The translations under genes were made by a program, and so were the position numbers. From an uncultured Gammaproteobacteria bacterium (GTDB lineage: Bacteria > Pseudomonadota > Gammaproteobacteria > Xanthomonadales > SZUA-36): a stretch of 64,000 nucleotides of DNA. The DNA lies in assembly GCA_963759155.1 (NCBI GenBank), contig CAVWXX010000027.1:136144-200143 (forward strand), written 5' to 3'. The notes under the pieces are model-generated. The model was given only the letters and a program-made list of their open reading frames with translations, was not told the origin of the DNA and searched no databases. How positions within the stretch are numbered: the first letter of the stretch is position 1; each line of letters starts with the position of its first letter. Below are positions 34,971 through 44,623 of the stretch, in pieces.

Positions 34971-37900
34971 ATGATGACAGCAATCAGCACGCTATCCGTC
35001 TTCCTGGCCTTTTTTTTATTGGCCTTCGCTGCGTGGCGACGCTACCTCTGGGTGGCGCAGAGGGAGTCTGATGCACAGGAAGATAACTGCCCATACAGTT
35101 TGACCGAAGTCTTTAGCGACAGGCATCTGATTAGCGTGCCGCACCAGAAGGGAGTGCGCTGGTTAACGGATGTCTTTAGTCGCTCCGCCAGAAAATTCCC
35201 CGATCATACCGCCTTGCAGATTCCCCATACGGGCGAGTCGCTGACCTACGCTGAACTTGACGAGCGTGCTGAACAAGTGGCTTTTGCGTTGTCACCCTAC
35301 CTGACTGGTCCTGACCAGGTCGTGGCAGTGGCCATGTCACAGGACAACTGGCAAATCGTTGCTTCCCACCTCGGTATTCTCAAGGCTGGCGGAACATTGA
35401 TGTTCCTCGACACCAGTCTGCCTGAAAGCCTGATTACCCACATGCTGGAAGACGCGAAGCCGGTGGTCATTCTTACCCGCGGTGAAGATAAGTTTCGCGA
35501 CCTGCCGACAGTGGATGTACTGAATTTGCCCAAAGAGAGGCCGCGCCGGGAGGCGCCACATTGGCTGGATGATCCTGAACAGCGGCTTGCAACCATTTTC
35601 TATACGAGTGGTTCTACCGGCATGCCAAAGGGCGTGGAGTGCCATCATGCGGGCTACGTTAACCTGGCACTAAGCTACGCTGATTATCTTGATCTCATAC
35701 CGGGTATGGATGCGACCACGTTGACGTCTTCACTGGGTTACGATGGCAGTATATCTGAGATGTACAGTGCCTGGGTGTCCGGCTGTGCGGTGGTTTTACT
35801 GACCTCAGATGAGGTCCGGTCCGGTCCTGACTTACTGCCGGTTCTTCGTGCAGCAGAGGTTACCGTTCTGTTCTGTCCGCCGGTGTTGCTGACCACACTG
35901 TCACATGAGCCGGAGGTGGATTTACCTTATCCCTTGTGCCGCTACATTATTCCGGCTGGTGAGGCGTTTCCCGCTGCACTGGTGGAGCCCTGGACCCGTG
36001 CCAGGCGGCAGGTGATTAATACCTATGGGCCTACAGAGGCGAGCACAGATACCAGCCGGCAGAGCTTGCGTCCGGGTGAGCCCGTTACGATCGGTTCGCC
36101 GTTGGCCAATGTCACCTACGTGATACTTGAGATCGACAAGCTCACGCCACTCCCACATGGCGAGACCGGTGAACTCTGTATCGGTGGTGTACATGTTGGT
36201 CGTGGCTACCGTAACCTGCCGGAGCAAACCTCCGCAAAGTTCATCACGCATCCGCAGTTTGGCCGGCTCTATCGCACGGGCGATAAATGTAAGATTGACG
36301 CTCACACACAACGCGTGCACTTCCTCGGCCGTATCGACACACAGCTCAAGGTTCGGGGACACCGTGTTGAAGTCCAGGCCGTTGAGGACATTCTGCAGAC
36401 TCAGATCCATGAGGTCGAGTCTGCTGTGCTTGATTATCAAAATGGGGAACTGGTCGCATTTGTCGTCGCGCCTTTGATTTCAAATCCAGAAATGCATAAT
36501 GCCGTCCCGGCCCCTGAGGCGTGGGCCGCCCGAACCACGGAAATTCTTGCGAGGCAACTGCCATCTCCATCGGTTCCTTCACGAATTTTTCTGGTCGACA
36601 ATTTTGTCATGAAACCCCTGTCAGGCAAGATTGACCGGGAACACTTACCCAACCTGTCCGGGCTGTTGAAGCGTGCAGGGGGGGATGCAAAGGATAGTTA
36701 TCACCCAATACAAAGCAGCCATCAGGACGAAGGGCAGGGCCCGGTTTCTGAAGTCAGCGCAGCCATCAAGCCAGGTGATAAGGAAGTGTTAGCGATCTGT
36801 CGACAGGTATTCGATACCCCACTGGGCTGGGATGATGTGTTTGCAGATAATGGCGGGCATTCGATCGTGATTGCCCAACTCGCTCAGCGGCTACAGGCTG
36901 CCGGGTGGCAGGTGCCGGTGCGCGCGCTTCTCAGTGATTGTGATACCGCACGTAAGATTGTCAATCGGCCAGGAGAGACGCAATCAACGACTGATTCACC
37001 TGCGAGCAGTGCTCACTTTGGGAAACATGGTGGTCAACGTGATGAGGTCGCAGCAAAAGTGTTATCCCCCGGGTATTTCACCATGCTGCAGGCGTTGTTC
37101 CTGGCATTATTATACGCACCGCCATTGGTCGGCTTTTTGGGGTTGGTCGCGTTCTCGGAAGTTGGCGAGTTCTTTATGACCGGCTTGCTTTGGGAGTTTA
37201 TTGCTGTTGGTTTCCTGATGTACCTGGTTGCCCTTGTCTATCCGTTTGCGAATTTACTCTGGATCATGTTCATCAAGCTTTGCATGGGGGGGCATATTTA
37301 CAGGAATAATGTGACACCGGGTGTGTACCCAAAGTGGAGCAGGATGCACCTTCGTACCTGGTGTGTCGGACGCTTGGAGCAGTCGGTGCTCCGACCAATG
37401 GGCACCTTTTTTCGCAGTGCGCCACTCATGGCATATGTTTTACGGCGACTTGGTGCGCGCGTGGGACGTAATCTCCAATGTGCCTCTGACGTAGAATTCT
37501 TCGGGCCGCTGGACTTACTCTCCATCGAAGATGATGTCGCTATTCAGGCGAGGGCCTATATTCACATGTTGAGATGGGTCGGGCAGGATTTGCATATCGG
37601 TCCCGTATACCTCGGCAGCGGTTGTAAGATCGGTATGCGTTCGGGGGTTGCCAACGATGTAACGGTCGGCCGTGGTAGCTGGATCACTCCATTCACACCC
37701 ATCCTTGGTGACGTGGGCGCAAATGAATTATGGGAAGGCTCTCCAGCCAGGCTCAGTGGCCGTTGCACGGCAATGAAACGCACCGCTAGCCACTGCCGGT
37801 ATACGTTGCCAATATGGCTACTGGAAACGCTGAACATTTTTATGCAGGTTTTCTTTGAATTCTGCCTTGTCGTTGTACCAACAGCCCTGGTTACCTGGTT

Positions 37901-39248
37901 TGCCACCAGTTTCATACCCGTCAGGGAGACGGCACAGGCGAGCGAATATTTCAAAATAACGCCATTGCAAGAAATCGTGTGGCACATGGGGCTTTATGCG
38001 TTTCTGACGACCTGGGTCAGCATCGTTTTGATCTCGATACTGGGTAGTGTCTTTTTGCGCTTCACGGCCGCGTCGCCAGGCTTGTATTCCTCACGTGGGC
38101 TCAAAACTGCTCTGTTGATGTACAGGATGAAAAAGCTGAACTGGATTCAACAACAGTGGACCTGGACCATTACCGGGCAGTATCTGCGCGCGCTCGCTGG
38201 CTTGCGTTTTACTCGGGTGGGTGCCTCGGAGTGCGACGTCATGTTCAATCTTGTCCCGGAAGCTGCCAGTGCCGATGCCAAGGTGTTCTGGTCCAATGGC
38301 TGTTTTACCAACATGCTGGATTACGGTGCTGAGCACACAGAGTTGCGCCAGCTTGATATGCCTTTGAATTTCTTTAGTGGCAATAACAGTGTGGCGGAGC
38401 ACGGACGTTTACCCGCCAATTTCCTGTTGGGCGTCTCGACACCGGTAAGTGAAATACAGTTCAGGCGACAAATGCAGTCGCGCCCGGGTGAGCCGCTCAC
38501 GGTTGCCGGAAACCCGCCATTAAGATTTGCGAACGCAGACCCTGGTGCGGAGTGTGAAGCTGACAGGCTACCGACCCTGCCATTATTCCTGGCGCGTGTT
38601 TTTCTGAACGACATTTTCAGTATCGGAATCCTGCGTATTGCCAATGTGCTTGTTTACGTGATTTTGTACAGTGCACTATTAAGACTGGGAGGACACGTTC
38701 TCCTTAGTGCCTTGATTGCCCTGGCGCTCACAGAGCTGACGTTGATCATGGCCTGTGTTGTGATCAAGAAGTTTCTCGTGGGGAGCCATTGGGGCTCGGA
38801 TCACTCAACTCCGTTCTGGTCCTGGCGGCACTTCAGTTATTTCTTCGCTCAGGATTGTTTCTTTGCCTGGTGCAGGATTTTCCTGAGATTTGCAGCTGGA
38901 ACCGTGCTGACGAATCCTGTCTTGAGGTGGATGGGCTGTAAAATTGGTAAACGAACCATTGTCAGTTCACCGATGCAGGCCTCCGATTGGAACGCGGTAA
39001 AATTTGGCAACGACTGTGTGGTTGCGGGCTTTCTGCAATTCCATACCTTTGAGAATATGACCTTGAAGTTGAAATTGACCGATATACAGGATGGCAGTGC
39101 CGTTAACTTTGGTGCCACGGTCATGGGTGGTGCAGTCATCGAATCAGAGACTAATCTGGAGCCATTGTGCATGGTTTTGAAGGAGATGCACCTACAGCCA
39201 GGTACTTACGAAGGCAGCCCCGCTGAACGGGTGGATAGTTACAGATGA
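34971..39248 (+). CDS. Pls/PosA-family membrane-embedded single-module NRPS (A-T plus three TM-flanked terminal domains)
   Basis: A-domain cores FYTSGSTGMPKGV, NTYGPTE, YRTGDK, GRIDTQLKVRGHRVE and PLSGKIDR. T domain DNGGHSIVIAQL. No C or TE domain. The C-terminal ~700 aa alternates hydrophobic helix pairs with three soluble hexapeptide-like segments. Confidence 0.85.
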   Translation: MMTAISTLSVFLAFFLLAFAAWRRYLWVAQRESDAQEDNCPYSLTEVFSDRHLISVPHQKGVRWLTDVFSRSARKFPDHTALQIPHTGESLTYAELDERAEQVAFALSPYLTGPDQVVAVAMSQDNWQIVASHLGILKAGGTLMFLDTSLPESLITHMLEDAKPVVILTRGEDKFRDLPTVDVLNLPKERPRREAPHWLDDPEQRLATIFYTSGSTGMPKGVECHHAGYVNLALSYADYLDLIPGMDATTLTSSLGYDGSISEMYSAWVSGCAVVLLTSDEVRSGPDLLPVLRAAEVTVLFCPPVLLTTLSHEPEVDLPYPLCRYIIPAGEAFPAALVEPWTRARRQVINTYGPTEASTDTSRQSLRPGEPVTIGSPLANVTYVILEIDKLTPLPHGETGELCIGGVHVGRGYRNLPEQTSAKFITHPQFGRLYRTGDKCKIDAHTQRVHFLGRIDTQLKVRGHRVEVQAVEDILQTQIHEVESAVLDYQNGELVAFVVAPLISNPEMHNAVPAPEAWAARTTEILARQLPSPSVPSRIFLVDNFVMKPLSGKIDREHLPNLSGLLKRAGGDAKDSYHPIQSSHQDEGQGPVSEVSAAIKPGDKEVLAICRQVFDTPLGWDDVFADNGGHSIVIAQLAQRLQAAGWQVPVRALLSDCDTARKIVNRPGETQSTTDSPASSAHFGKHGGQRDEVAAKVLSPGYFTMLQALFLALLYAPPLVGFLGLVAFSEVGEFFMTGLLWEFIAVGFLMYLVALVYPFANLLWIMFIKLCMGGHIYRNNVTPGVYPKWSRMHLRTWCVGRLEQSVLRPMGTFFRSAPLMAYVLRRLGARVGRNLQCASDVEFFGPLDLLSIEDDVAIQARAYIHMLRWVGQDLHIGPVYLGSGCKIGMRSGVANDVTVGRGSWITPFTPILGDVGANELWEGSPARLSGRCTAMKRTASHCRYTLPIWLLETLNIFMQVFFEFCLVVVPTALVTWFATSFIPVRETAQASEYFKITPLQEIVWHMGLYAFLTTWVSIVLISILGSVFLRFTAASPGLYSSRGLKTALLMYRMKKLNWIQQQWTWTITGQYLRALAGLRFTRVGASECDVMFNLVPEAASADAKVFWSNGCFTNMLDYGAEHTELRQLDMPLNFFSGNNSVAEHGRLPANFLLGVSTPVSEIQFRRQMQSRPGEPLTVAGNPPLRFANADPGAECEADRLPTLPLFLARVFLNDIFSIGILRIANVLVYVILYSALLRLGGHVLLSALIALALTELTLIMACVVIKKFLVGSHWGSDHSTPFWSWRHFSYFFAQDCFFAWCRIFLRFAAGTVLTNPVLRWMGCKIGKRTIVSSPMQASDWNAVKFGNDCVVAGFLQFHTFENMTLKLKLTDIQDGSAVNFGATVMGGAVIESETNLEPLCMVLKEMHLQPGTYEGSPAERVDSYR

Positions 39249-39346
39249 GCAGATACGATAGCGACCGGATACAAAGTGTATCGAGGTGTCCTGAGCTTAG
39301 GTGATTCTTGTCGTAACAGATAAAACCAAAGGCTCAATAACTGCTC

Positions 39347-39376
39347 AAAAAAAAGGCCGTCATACCCGACGGCCTT
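39347..39376 (-). terminator. Rho-independent terminator of the 39398-39781 gene (a hairpin also sits downstream of the NRPS gene)
   Basis: 9-bp stem AAGGCCGTC / GACGGCCTT with a 6-nt loop. The plus-strand A8 run gives a T-tract on the minus strand. Confidence 0.7.
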
Positions 39377-39397
39377 CCAATCTAAATTAATGTGTCT

Positions 39398-39781
39398 TTA
39401 TTCAACCATTCCACCTTCCCATAAGGAGGATTCACCACAGTTTGCAATTTTGAACAATTCATCATCTATTTCCACAAGCACGGATGTGTCGTAAGCATCT
39501 GTAAAAGCACCCCACTCAGCAAAATTAGGTGTGATTATCACAAATTTAAAATCAAACTCAGAGACTGCGGCAGCTACAGGGTGCCTGATTGCAATTTGTA
39601 GGTTTTCACCGCCTTTTAATGTTTTTGCTGCCTTGAGCCATTTGCTGGCCATGTTCATAACATCATCTTCGGTTGCATCACCTTCATAGGTGCAGTTAAA
39701 AATCTGTATTGTTTCTGAATAAACCGGAGCAGCAAAGACCATTAACATGGAAATAGCCATAACTCGTATCAAAGTTTTCAT
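39398..39781 (-). CDS. small secreted hypothetical protein
   Basis: 127 aa counted from ATG 39781, which has an AAGGAGA Shine-Dalgarno. Signal peptide MKTLIRVMAISMLMVFAAPVYS. GC is visibly lower than in the flanking genes. Confidence 0.55.
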   Translation of the reverse strand: MKTLIRVMAISMLMVFAAPVYSETIQIFNCTYEGDATEDDVMNMASKWLKAAKTLKGGENLQIAIRHPVAAAVSEFDFKFVIITPNFAEWGAFTDAYDTSVLVEIDDELFKIANCGESSLWEGGMVE

Positions 39782-40208
39782 CTCGTGGTTCTCCTTGGGG
39801 TACAAAAAATATTTCATGCTACGGGCCTTGAAGGGTGTTTACACCGCCCGGAATCGTAACGCTGATCAATTCGCTGACGTGTTTTATAATAAAGCAAAAC
39901 AAGCACTTTTGCTTCTAATCATTATATAGATGCAAGATTCACTGACCCGCCTTTTAGACAAGGGCGCCATGGCGAACAGCTCGTCCCAAAATATTTCTGT
40001 TGTCATCATTTGTACCTTGATCTAAGGTCGCAGGGCTTCATTTCAGGCGTTAATCTGAACCAGGCGATAATTGAGTGGATGCACTACCAAAGCACCTGCT
40101 GCCACGTGAAGGAGCACTAGCACCGTTAACATACAAATCAACGATATTTTTGCCAGCGGTTCGCGAAACCTGACACCGGCATCGGTGCCTGGGACCCATG
40201 TCCGGTAT

Positions 40209-40856
40209 ATGCCATTCAGGTCTGATCCGGTTTTTTCGAGTTTATGTGCTTCGGTGTTATCCACAGAAGAAATTCAAAGATCGGAGCGATTTTCGGGCGA
40301 GGCTGACAGGACCCATTTTCTGCAGCGTCGTGCGTTTCGGCGCTATTGCGGTGTCATCGCGCTTGACTCGCAACGGCCTTTATCAAAGGTCGTTTTTTGT
40401 GAAGCAAAAAATGGGCGACCTTTCATTTCTGATTTACCGGATCTCTGCTTTAGTTTTTCCTCCTGCCGACAGGGCTTCTTGGGGGCGTGGTCATTCAGCC
40501 ATGGGGTCGGTGTTGATATCGAAGATGACACCAGGGAACTTGAGGTTGCTGAACTTTCACAGCAGTATTTCCGGGGTTCTGAATCCTCAGTTATTGAAAC
40601 ATTCCAAGGTCTGCAGCGTCTGCGGGTTTTCTACCAATTCTGGTGCCTCAAGGAAGCTGCGCTGAAGTCTATCGGGGAGGGCTTGCCTTTTGGTCTGGAT
40701 ACGTTCGAATTTAAGCTAAAGCCAAATCTGCGTGTTGTTCGTGCGCCCGCCGGTCACGGCGGAGCAGGGCAATTTGAAGCCTGCCTGATCGAAGGGACTG
40801 ACAATTGTGCGGCGCTTGTCACCCGCAAACCTGCAATCTCTCCACTTTCGCCGTGA
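40209..40856 (+). CDS. 4'-phosphopantetheinyl transferase, Sfp type
   Basis: Motifs GRPF, FSFSSCRQG, GVDIED and FWCLKEAALKSIGEG. ATG at 40209; a GTG at 40185 is also possible. Confidence 0.8.
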   Translation: MPFRSDPVFSSLCASVLSTEEIQRSERFSGEADRTHFLQRRAFRRYCGVIALDSQRPLSKVVFCEAKNGRPFISDLPDLCFSFSSCRQGFLGAWSFSHGVGVDIEDDTRELEVAELSQQYFRGSESSVIETFQGLQRLRVFYQFWCLKEAALKSIGEGLPFGLDTFEFKLKPNLRVVRAPAGHGGAGQFEACLIEGTDNCAALVTRKPAISPLSP

Positions 40857-40863
40857 TTTCACT

Positions 40864-41685
40864 ATGACTCGTTCACCTTACATTGTCGACAACACCGATT
40901 GGCTTAAAACTGCCGCAATTATCCTGGTTACGATTGGCCACTTCGGTTATTTCTTCATTGAGAGCGCCGATTGGTGGAGTGTTGCCGGGCGTCTGGCGGC
41001 ACCGCCGTTCTTCTTCATGATTGGGTACGCGCGAAGCCGGACGATCCCGCTTCGTTGGATTGGGCTAGGGATTGCTCTGACCTTACTTGATAGCTGGAAC
41101 AATGATTGGGACTGGATGGCACTGAATATTCTTATAAGCTATGTGCTCATCCGGCTGATCCGCCCGAAGGTGCAGAATTTCCTGAAAGCATACCGATGGC
41201 TTGCTTTCGTGATCTTCATCGGCATACTTTTGGCCCTGCTGCCTCTATTCTCAAATGTTTTCGATTACGGCGCAGCAGGGTGGCTATGGGCTTTATTGGG
41301 CTTATGTCAGCGCATGTATCTTGAGCGTCGATCGCTTATCGATGATGTCGACACTTCCCAACGCCCATCTGCGGTCGTCTGCACAATACCTGAGAGCATA
41401 GGGCTGATGCGTCTGCTGGCATGCTTTGTTGCAGCCGTAGTTTACCTTTGGCATGAGCAGATCGAATTCTCGTTTACCGGGGTCCAGTTTACTGTTTTCC
41501 TTCTTGGCACCTGCCTGATGTCCTGGAGTCTGTGCCTGTTTCAACGTGCGCCGAGTCGTATCCAGCCAGGGAAATTCATGGGTAGTGCTTTGCACTTCAT
41601 CGGTCGGCACACGCTGGAACTTTATGCGATTCCGCTTGCCGGTTTCGAACTGATCATAGGATTGATACCTCAACTGGCCGGATGA
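40864..41685 (+). CDS. TraX-like polytopic membrane protein (putative acyl/acetyltransferase family)
   Basis: 273 aa. N-terminal WLKTAAIILVTIGHFGYFF and GRLAAPPFFFMIGY resemble TraX-family motifs. Starts 7 nt after the PPTase stop. Confidence 0.5.
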   Translation: MTRSPYIVDNTDWLKTAAIILVTIGHFGYFFIESADWWSVAGRLAAPPFFFMIGYARSRTIPLRWIGLGIALTLLDSWNNDWDWMALNILISYVLIRLIRPKVQNFLKAYRWLAFVIFIGILLALLPLFSNVFDYGAAGWLWALLGLCQRMYLERRSLIDDVDTSQRPSAVVCTIPESIGLMRLLACFVAAVVYLWHEQIEFSFTGVQFTVFLLGTCLMSWSLCLFQRAPSRIQPGKFMGSALHFIGRHTLELYAIPLAGFELIIGLIPQLAG

Positions 41686-41751
41686 CCAACCAGGATGCCT
41701 TCACGGACAAATATCAAGCGGACATGACGCCGCGCAGCGACAAGTGCTAAC

Positions 41752-41781
41752 AAAGAAGCCCGCTAGTTTGCGGGCTTCTTT
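41752..41781. terminator. bidirectional hairpin terminator between convergent genes
   Basis: 12-bp stem AAAGAAGCCCGC / GCGGGCTTCTTT with a 6-nt loop. The A and T runs lie within the stem flanks. Confidence 0.6.
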
Positions 41782-41890
41782 GTTACTAAATCATGGCATC
41801 TGCCATAAAGTGAATTTAACGTGAATTCACAGGCGGATTTCAACCTTGGTCCGCCTGCAATTGCCTGTTAACGGCAGCTCCGCACATCTG

Positions 41891-44623
41891 CTAACGAACG
41901 GGTCTCGCATGTGCTGATCCACGCAGGATGGCATTCATAAAGATGACATTCAAGCCATCAAGATAGGCGCGTACATTCGGGTCCTGGGTAAAGCCGATCA
42001 CATATCCCTGGCCATTTTTTTGAGCCACGACAAATGGTTTGTAAGCCATTTGTTTCCGGTTCTGCTCCCACATGTAACCACTGGCAAGCAAATCATCTGC
42101 ATTGCCGAATACCGCGACATTGACACCCTTATCCATTTTCACCGGTGTATAAATGTCAGAACCCCTGACAAGTACATTCAGGGTAGGGGAGACACCTGCG
42201 CCAAGCCAGTGGTCAGGGTCGACGTTTGATTTGACCAGAACACCCGCCACTGAATCGGGGCTGCCTTTTTCCGGTGTGATGAGCGCCATGTAGTCATCGC
42301 TACTGGTCAGGTACTGGCCTTCAACAGTGGTTTCTTTCGATTTTTCATCGCCACCTTTACCATTTCCGTTGGATTTGACCTTTTCTTTATCCACTTCAAT
42401 AACCGCGTTCTCCCTGCGAATCGAGAGCAGGTCGATTTCGGGATTGGCCAGATAACGGTTGGCATTGCCAAGACCAATCAAAACACCGCCTTTTGCAACC
42501 CAGTCTTTCAGGTTGGCGGTGCCTTTTTCACCCAGTGCTTCTTCATAGTCACCACTCCAGCCAACTGCTGGCAGGATCAATACCTGGTAGCGGCTCAGGT
42601 CGGCCCTCTTAAGCTGATTCAAGCGGATCGCCGTCACGGGGAAGTCGAACTGCCGCTCGATGACAAAACGCGTGTTACCGGCGCTGTATGAAGAGGTGGG
42701 CTGATCCCAGGCGATAGCGACCCGGGGCGCATTGAACCTGACGACGTTTTCGCTGCCAAAATTCGGTCCGTCAGTGACCCAGCTGCTGTCGACCGATATC
42801 ACGGTGGCCCCGGTTGTTGCCGCAAGCTCAACGACGGTATCCGTCAGCGTATTGGAGTTATCCGCAACGTCGATGATCAGTGTGCCTGCCGGATAACGCT
42901 TGCCAGAATGTGTAAATGCCTTGTCAGAACTCTTGACATCAAGACCCTGCCTCAACGCGTTGGTCAAAAACCGGACGGCAGTGGCCGAGCCCCATGGCAC
43001 CAGGTAGGCAACCGGACCGCTTGCACCCGATACCTTGCCCGCTTGCACCAGTTCAGATCCCTGGGTGGTGAAGTTTCCGCTGATGCTGCGATTGCAGCTA
43101 TCGGCACGTACGTTCATCATCAGGGGCAGTGACCAGGCGGTTACGTCGTAAATTTCGTCTCTCAGGTTCTTGGCCCGACGGCGTTCCTGTTCAGCGAGGA
43201 AAGCTTTTTCCATCGGTACGTCGGTGTCCATCAGTGTGCGGATGAAGCGCTTTGCCGGCTGCGATGTGTTAATGACATAGCTGCCGGCCTTGTAGGATTC
43301 TCCACAGGCTTCGAAGGATGCGTCAGCACGTCCAACCTCGACACCCTGGCGAACCAACAGGCCAACCAGCTTGTTTGCCGCGGCCTGATCGAACTGCGTT
43401 GGCAGGATATAGGAGCGGATACTGTCGTTCTTTCCTTCTTCTATCGCACTGGCGCGGTAATTGTAAAAATCGGTAAGAAATTTCTGACGGTTTGTCACCA
43501 CCGCCTCAGCGGTGCTGAGTGATGTCACAAAGTGGTTGCGGATGGTGTAAGGGAAGCTTAAATCCTTGCCGTCATACTGCCTGACGATCAGCCCACGCGA
43601 TGACGCCTGTTCATAGGTCATGGAGATGCTGCCAAAGTACGACGGCCAGCTGGCACCATAGCCCGGATAAAACTCGTCAAATACCTCACGTGTGTAATAG
43701 TCCAGACCAAACGTATCAAACCAGCGGGCATTGTTTTGACCGAATATTTCGAGGCTTTCACGTTGGTTTGCAGCAAGGTGAGGGTTGTAAGGGGTGGCAC
43801 CTGGTGCAAAAAAGTAGGTGCTGTCCGAACCCATCTCGTGCGCGTCAACAAAGGCGACCGGATACCATTGCTGCAGGAGATCGACCCTGCCTTGTGTTTC
43901 CGGTTGTGTCAGGATGAACCAATCGCGATTCAGGTCGAAATAGTAGTGGTTGGTACGCCCGCCCGGCCAGGGCTCATTGTGTTCGGCGGAAAGCCTGTCC
44001 GAATCCGGCACCAGGCCTTCTGCAATCTCAAAGTGATGTATAAAGCGGTCACGGCCATCGGGGTTTTGCATCGGGTCAATCACAACGACGGTGTCGCGCA
44101 TGATATCGGCCACGCGCTTGTCACCGCGCGATGCAAGCAGGTGATAAGCGGTTAGCATGGCTGCTTCGGTGGATGAAATCTCGTTGCCATGAACACCGTA
44201 GGAGAGCCAGGTAATCGCAGGCTGGGTTTTGATGATCTCCTGTGCCTCGGCACGTGTGGTTTTGCGGGGATCAGCCAGGCGTTGCATATTGCTCTTGATC
44301 GTGTCGATACGGGCCATGTTCTCAGCGGATGTGACGACCGCATAAACAAGATCACGGCCCTCCCAGCTCTGTGCATAAGTCGCCACCGAGATACGCTCAG
44401 GTGAGGTTTCGGCAAGTGCTTCAAAATATCGGACCGCATCCGCATGCCAGGTGATACGTTCACCGGGCTCGTAGCCAAGGACAGCCTTGAAGGTGGGAAT
44501 GGCAGGGTCGTAATCTGCATCCGGCCAGTAAACAAAATCGTCACTGGCATTGCTGTAATTTGTAAACAGCAGACTGGCAAGAAGAATGAGGGTCATTCCG
44601 GTGCGTTGCAGAGTGGATTTCAT
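41891..44623 (-). CDS. secreted M14-family zinc carboxypeptidase-like protein
   Basis: 910 aa. Signal peptide and M14 zinc motif SYGVHGNEISSTE. Confidence 0.85.
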   Translation of the reverse strand: MKSTLQRTGMTLILLASLLFTNYSNASDDFVYWPDADYDPAIPTFKAVLGYEPGERITWHADAVRYFEALAETSPERISVATYAQSWEGRDLVYAVVTSAENMARIDTIKSNMQRLADPRKTTRAEAQEIIKTQPAITWLSYGVHGNEISSTEAAMLTAYHLLASRGDKRVADIMRDTVVVIDPMQNPDGRDRFIHHFEIAEGLVPDSDRLSAEHNEPWPGGRTNHYYFDLNRDWFILTQPETQGRVDLLQQWYPVAFVDAHEMGSDSTYFFAPGATPYNPHLAANQRESLEIFGQNNARWFDTFGLDYYTREVFDEFYPGYGASWPSYFGSISMTYEQASSRGLIVRQYDGKDLSFPYTIRNHFVTSLSTAEAVVTNRQKFLTDFYNYRASAIEEGKNDSIRSYILPTQFDQAAANKLVGLLVRQGVEVGRADASFEACGESYKAGSYVINTSQPAKRFIRTLMDTDVPMEKAFLAEQERRRAKNLRDEIYDVTAWSLPLMMNVRADSCNRSISGNFTTQGSELVQAGKVSGASGPVAYLVPWGSATAVRFLTNALRQGLDVKSSDKAFTHSGKRYPAGTLIIDVADNSNTLTDTVVELAATTGATVISVDSSWVTDGPNFGSENVVRFNAPRVAIAWDQPTSSYSAGNTRFVIERQFDFPVTAIRLNQLKRADLSRYQVLILPAVGWSGDYEEALGEKGTANLKDWVAKGGVLIGLGNANRYLANPEIDLLSIRRENAVIEVDKEKVKSNGNGKGGDEKSKETTVEGQYLTSSDDYMALITPEKGSPDSVAGVLVKSNVDPDHWLGAGVSPTLNVLVRGSDIYTPVKMDKGVNVAVFGNADDLLASGYMWEQNRKQMAYKPFVVAQKNGQGYVIGFTQDPNVRAYLDGLNVIFMNAILRGSAHARPVR

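Noticed and set aside
35922-36440. 172-aa minus-strand ORF, and other ORFs of 100 aa or less inside 34971-39248
   Set aside because: They are embedded antisense or out of frame within the NRPS gene, whose frame shows a continuous series of A-domain and T-domain motifs.
40043-40264. 73-aa minus-strand ORF with one hydrophobic segment, upstream of and overlapping the PPTase start
   Set aside because: It has no Shine-Dalgarno or recognisable motif and it overlaps the better-supported PPTase 5' end. It cannot be excluded as a small membrane protein, but there is no positive evidence for it.
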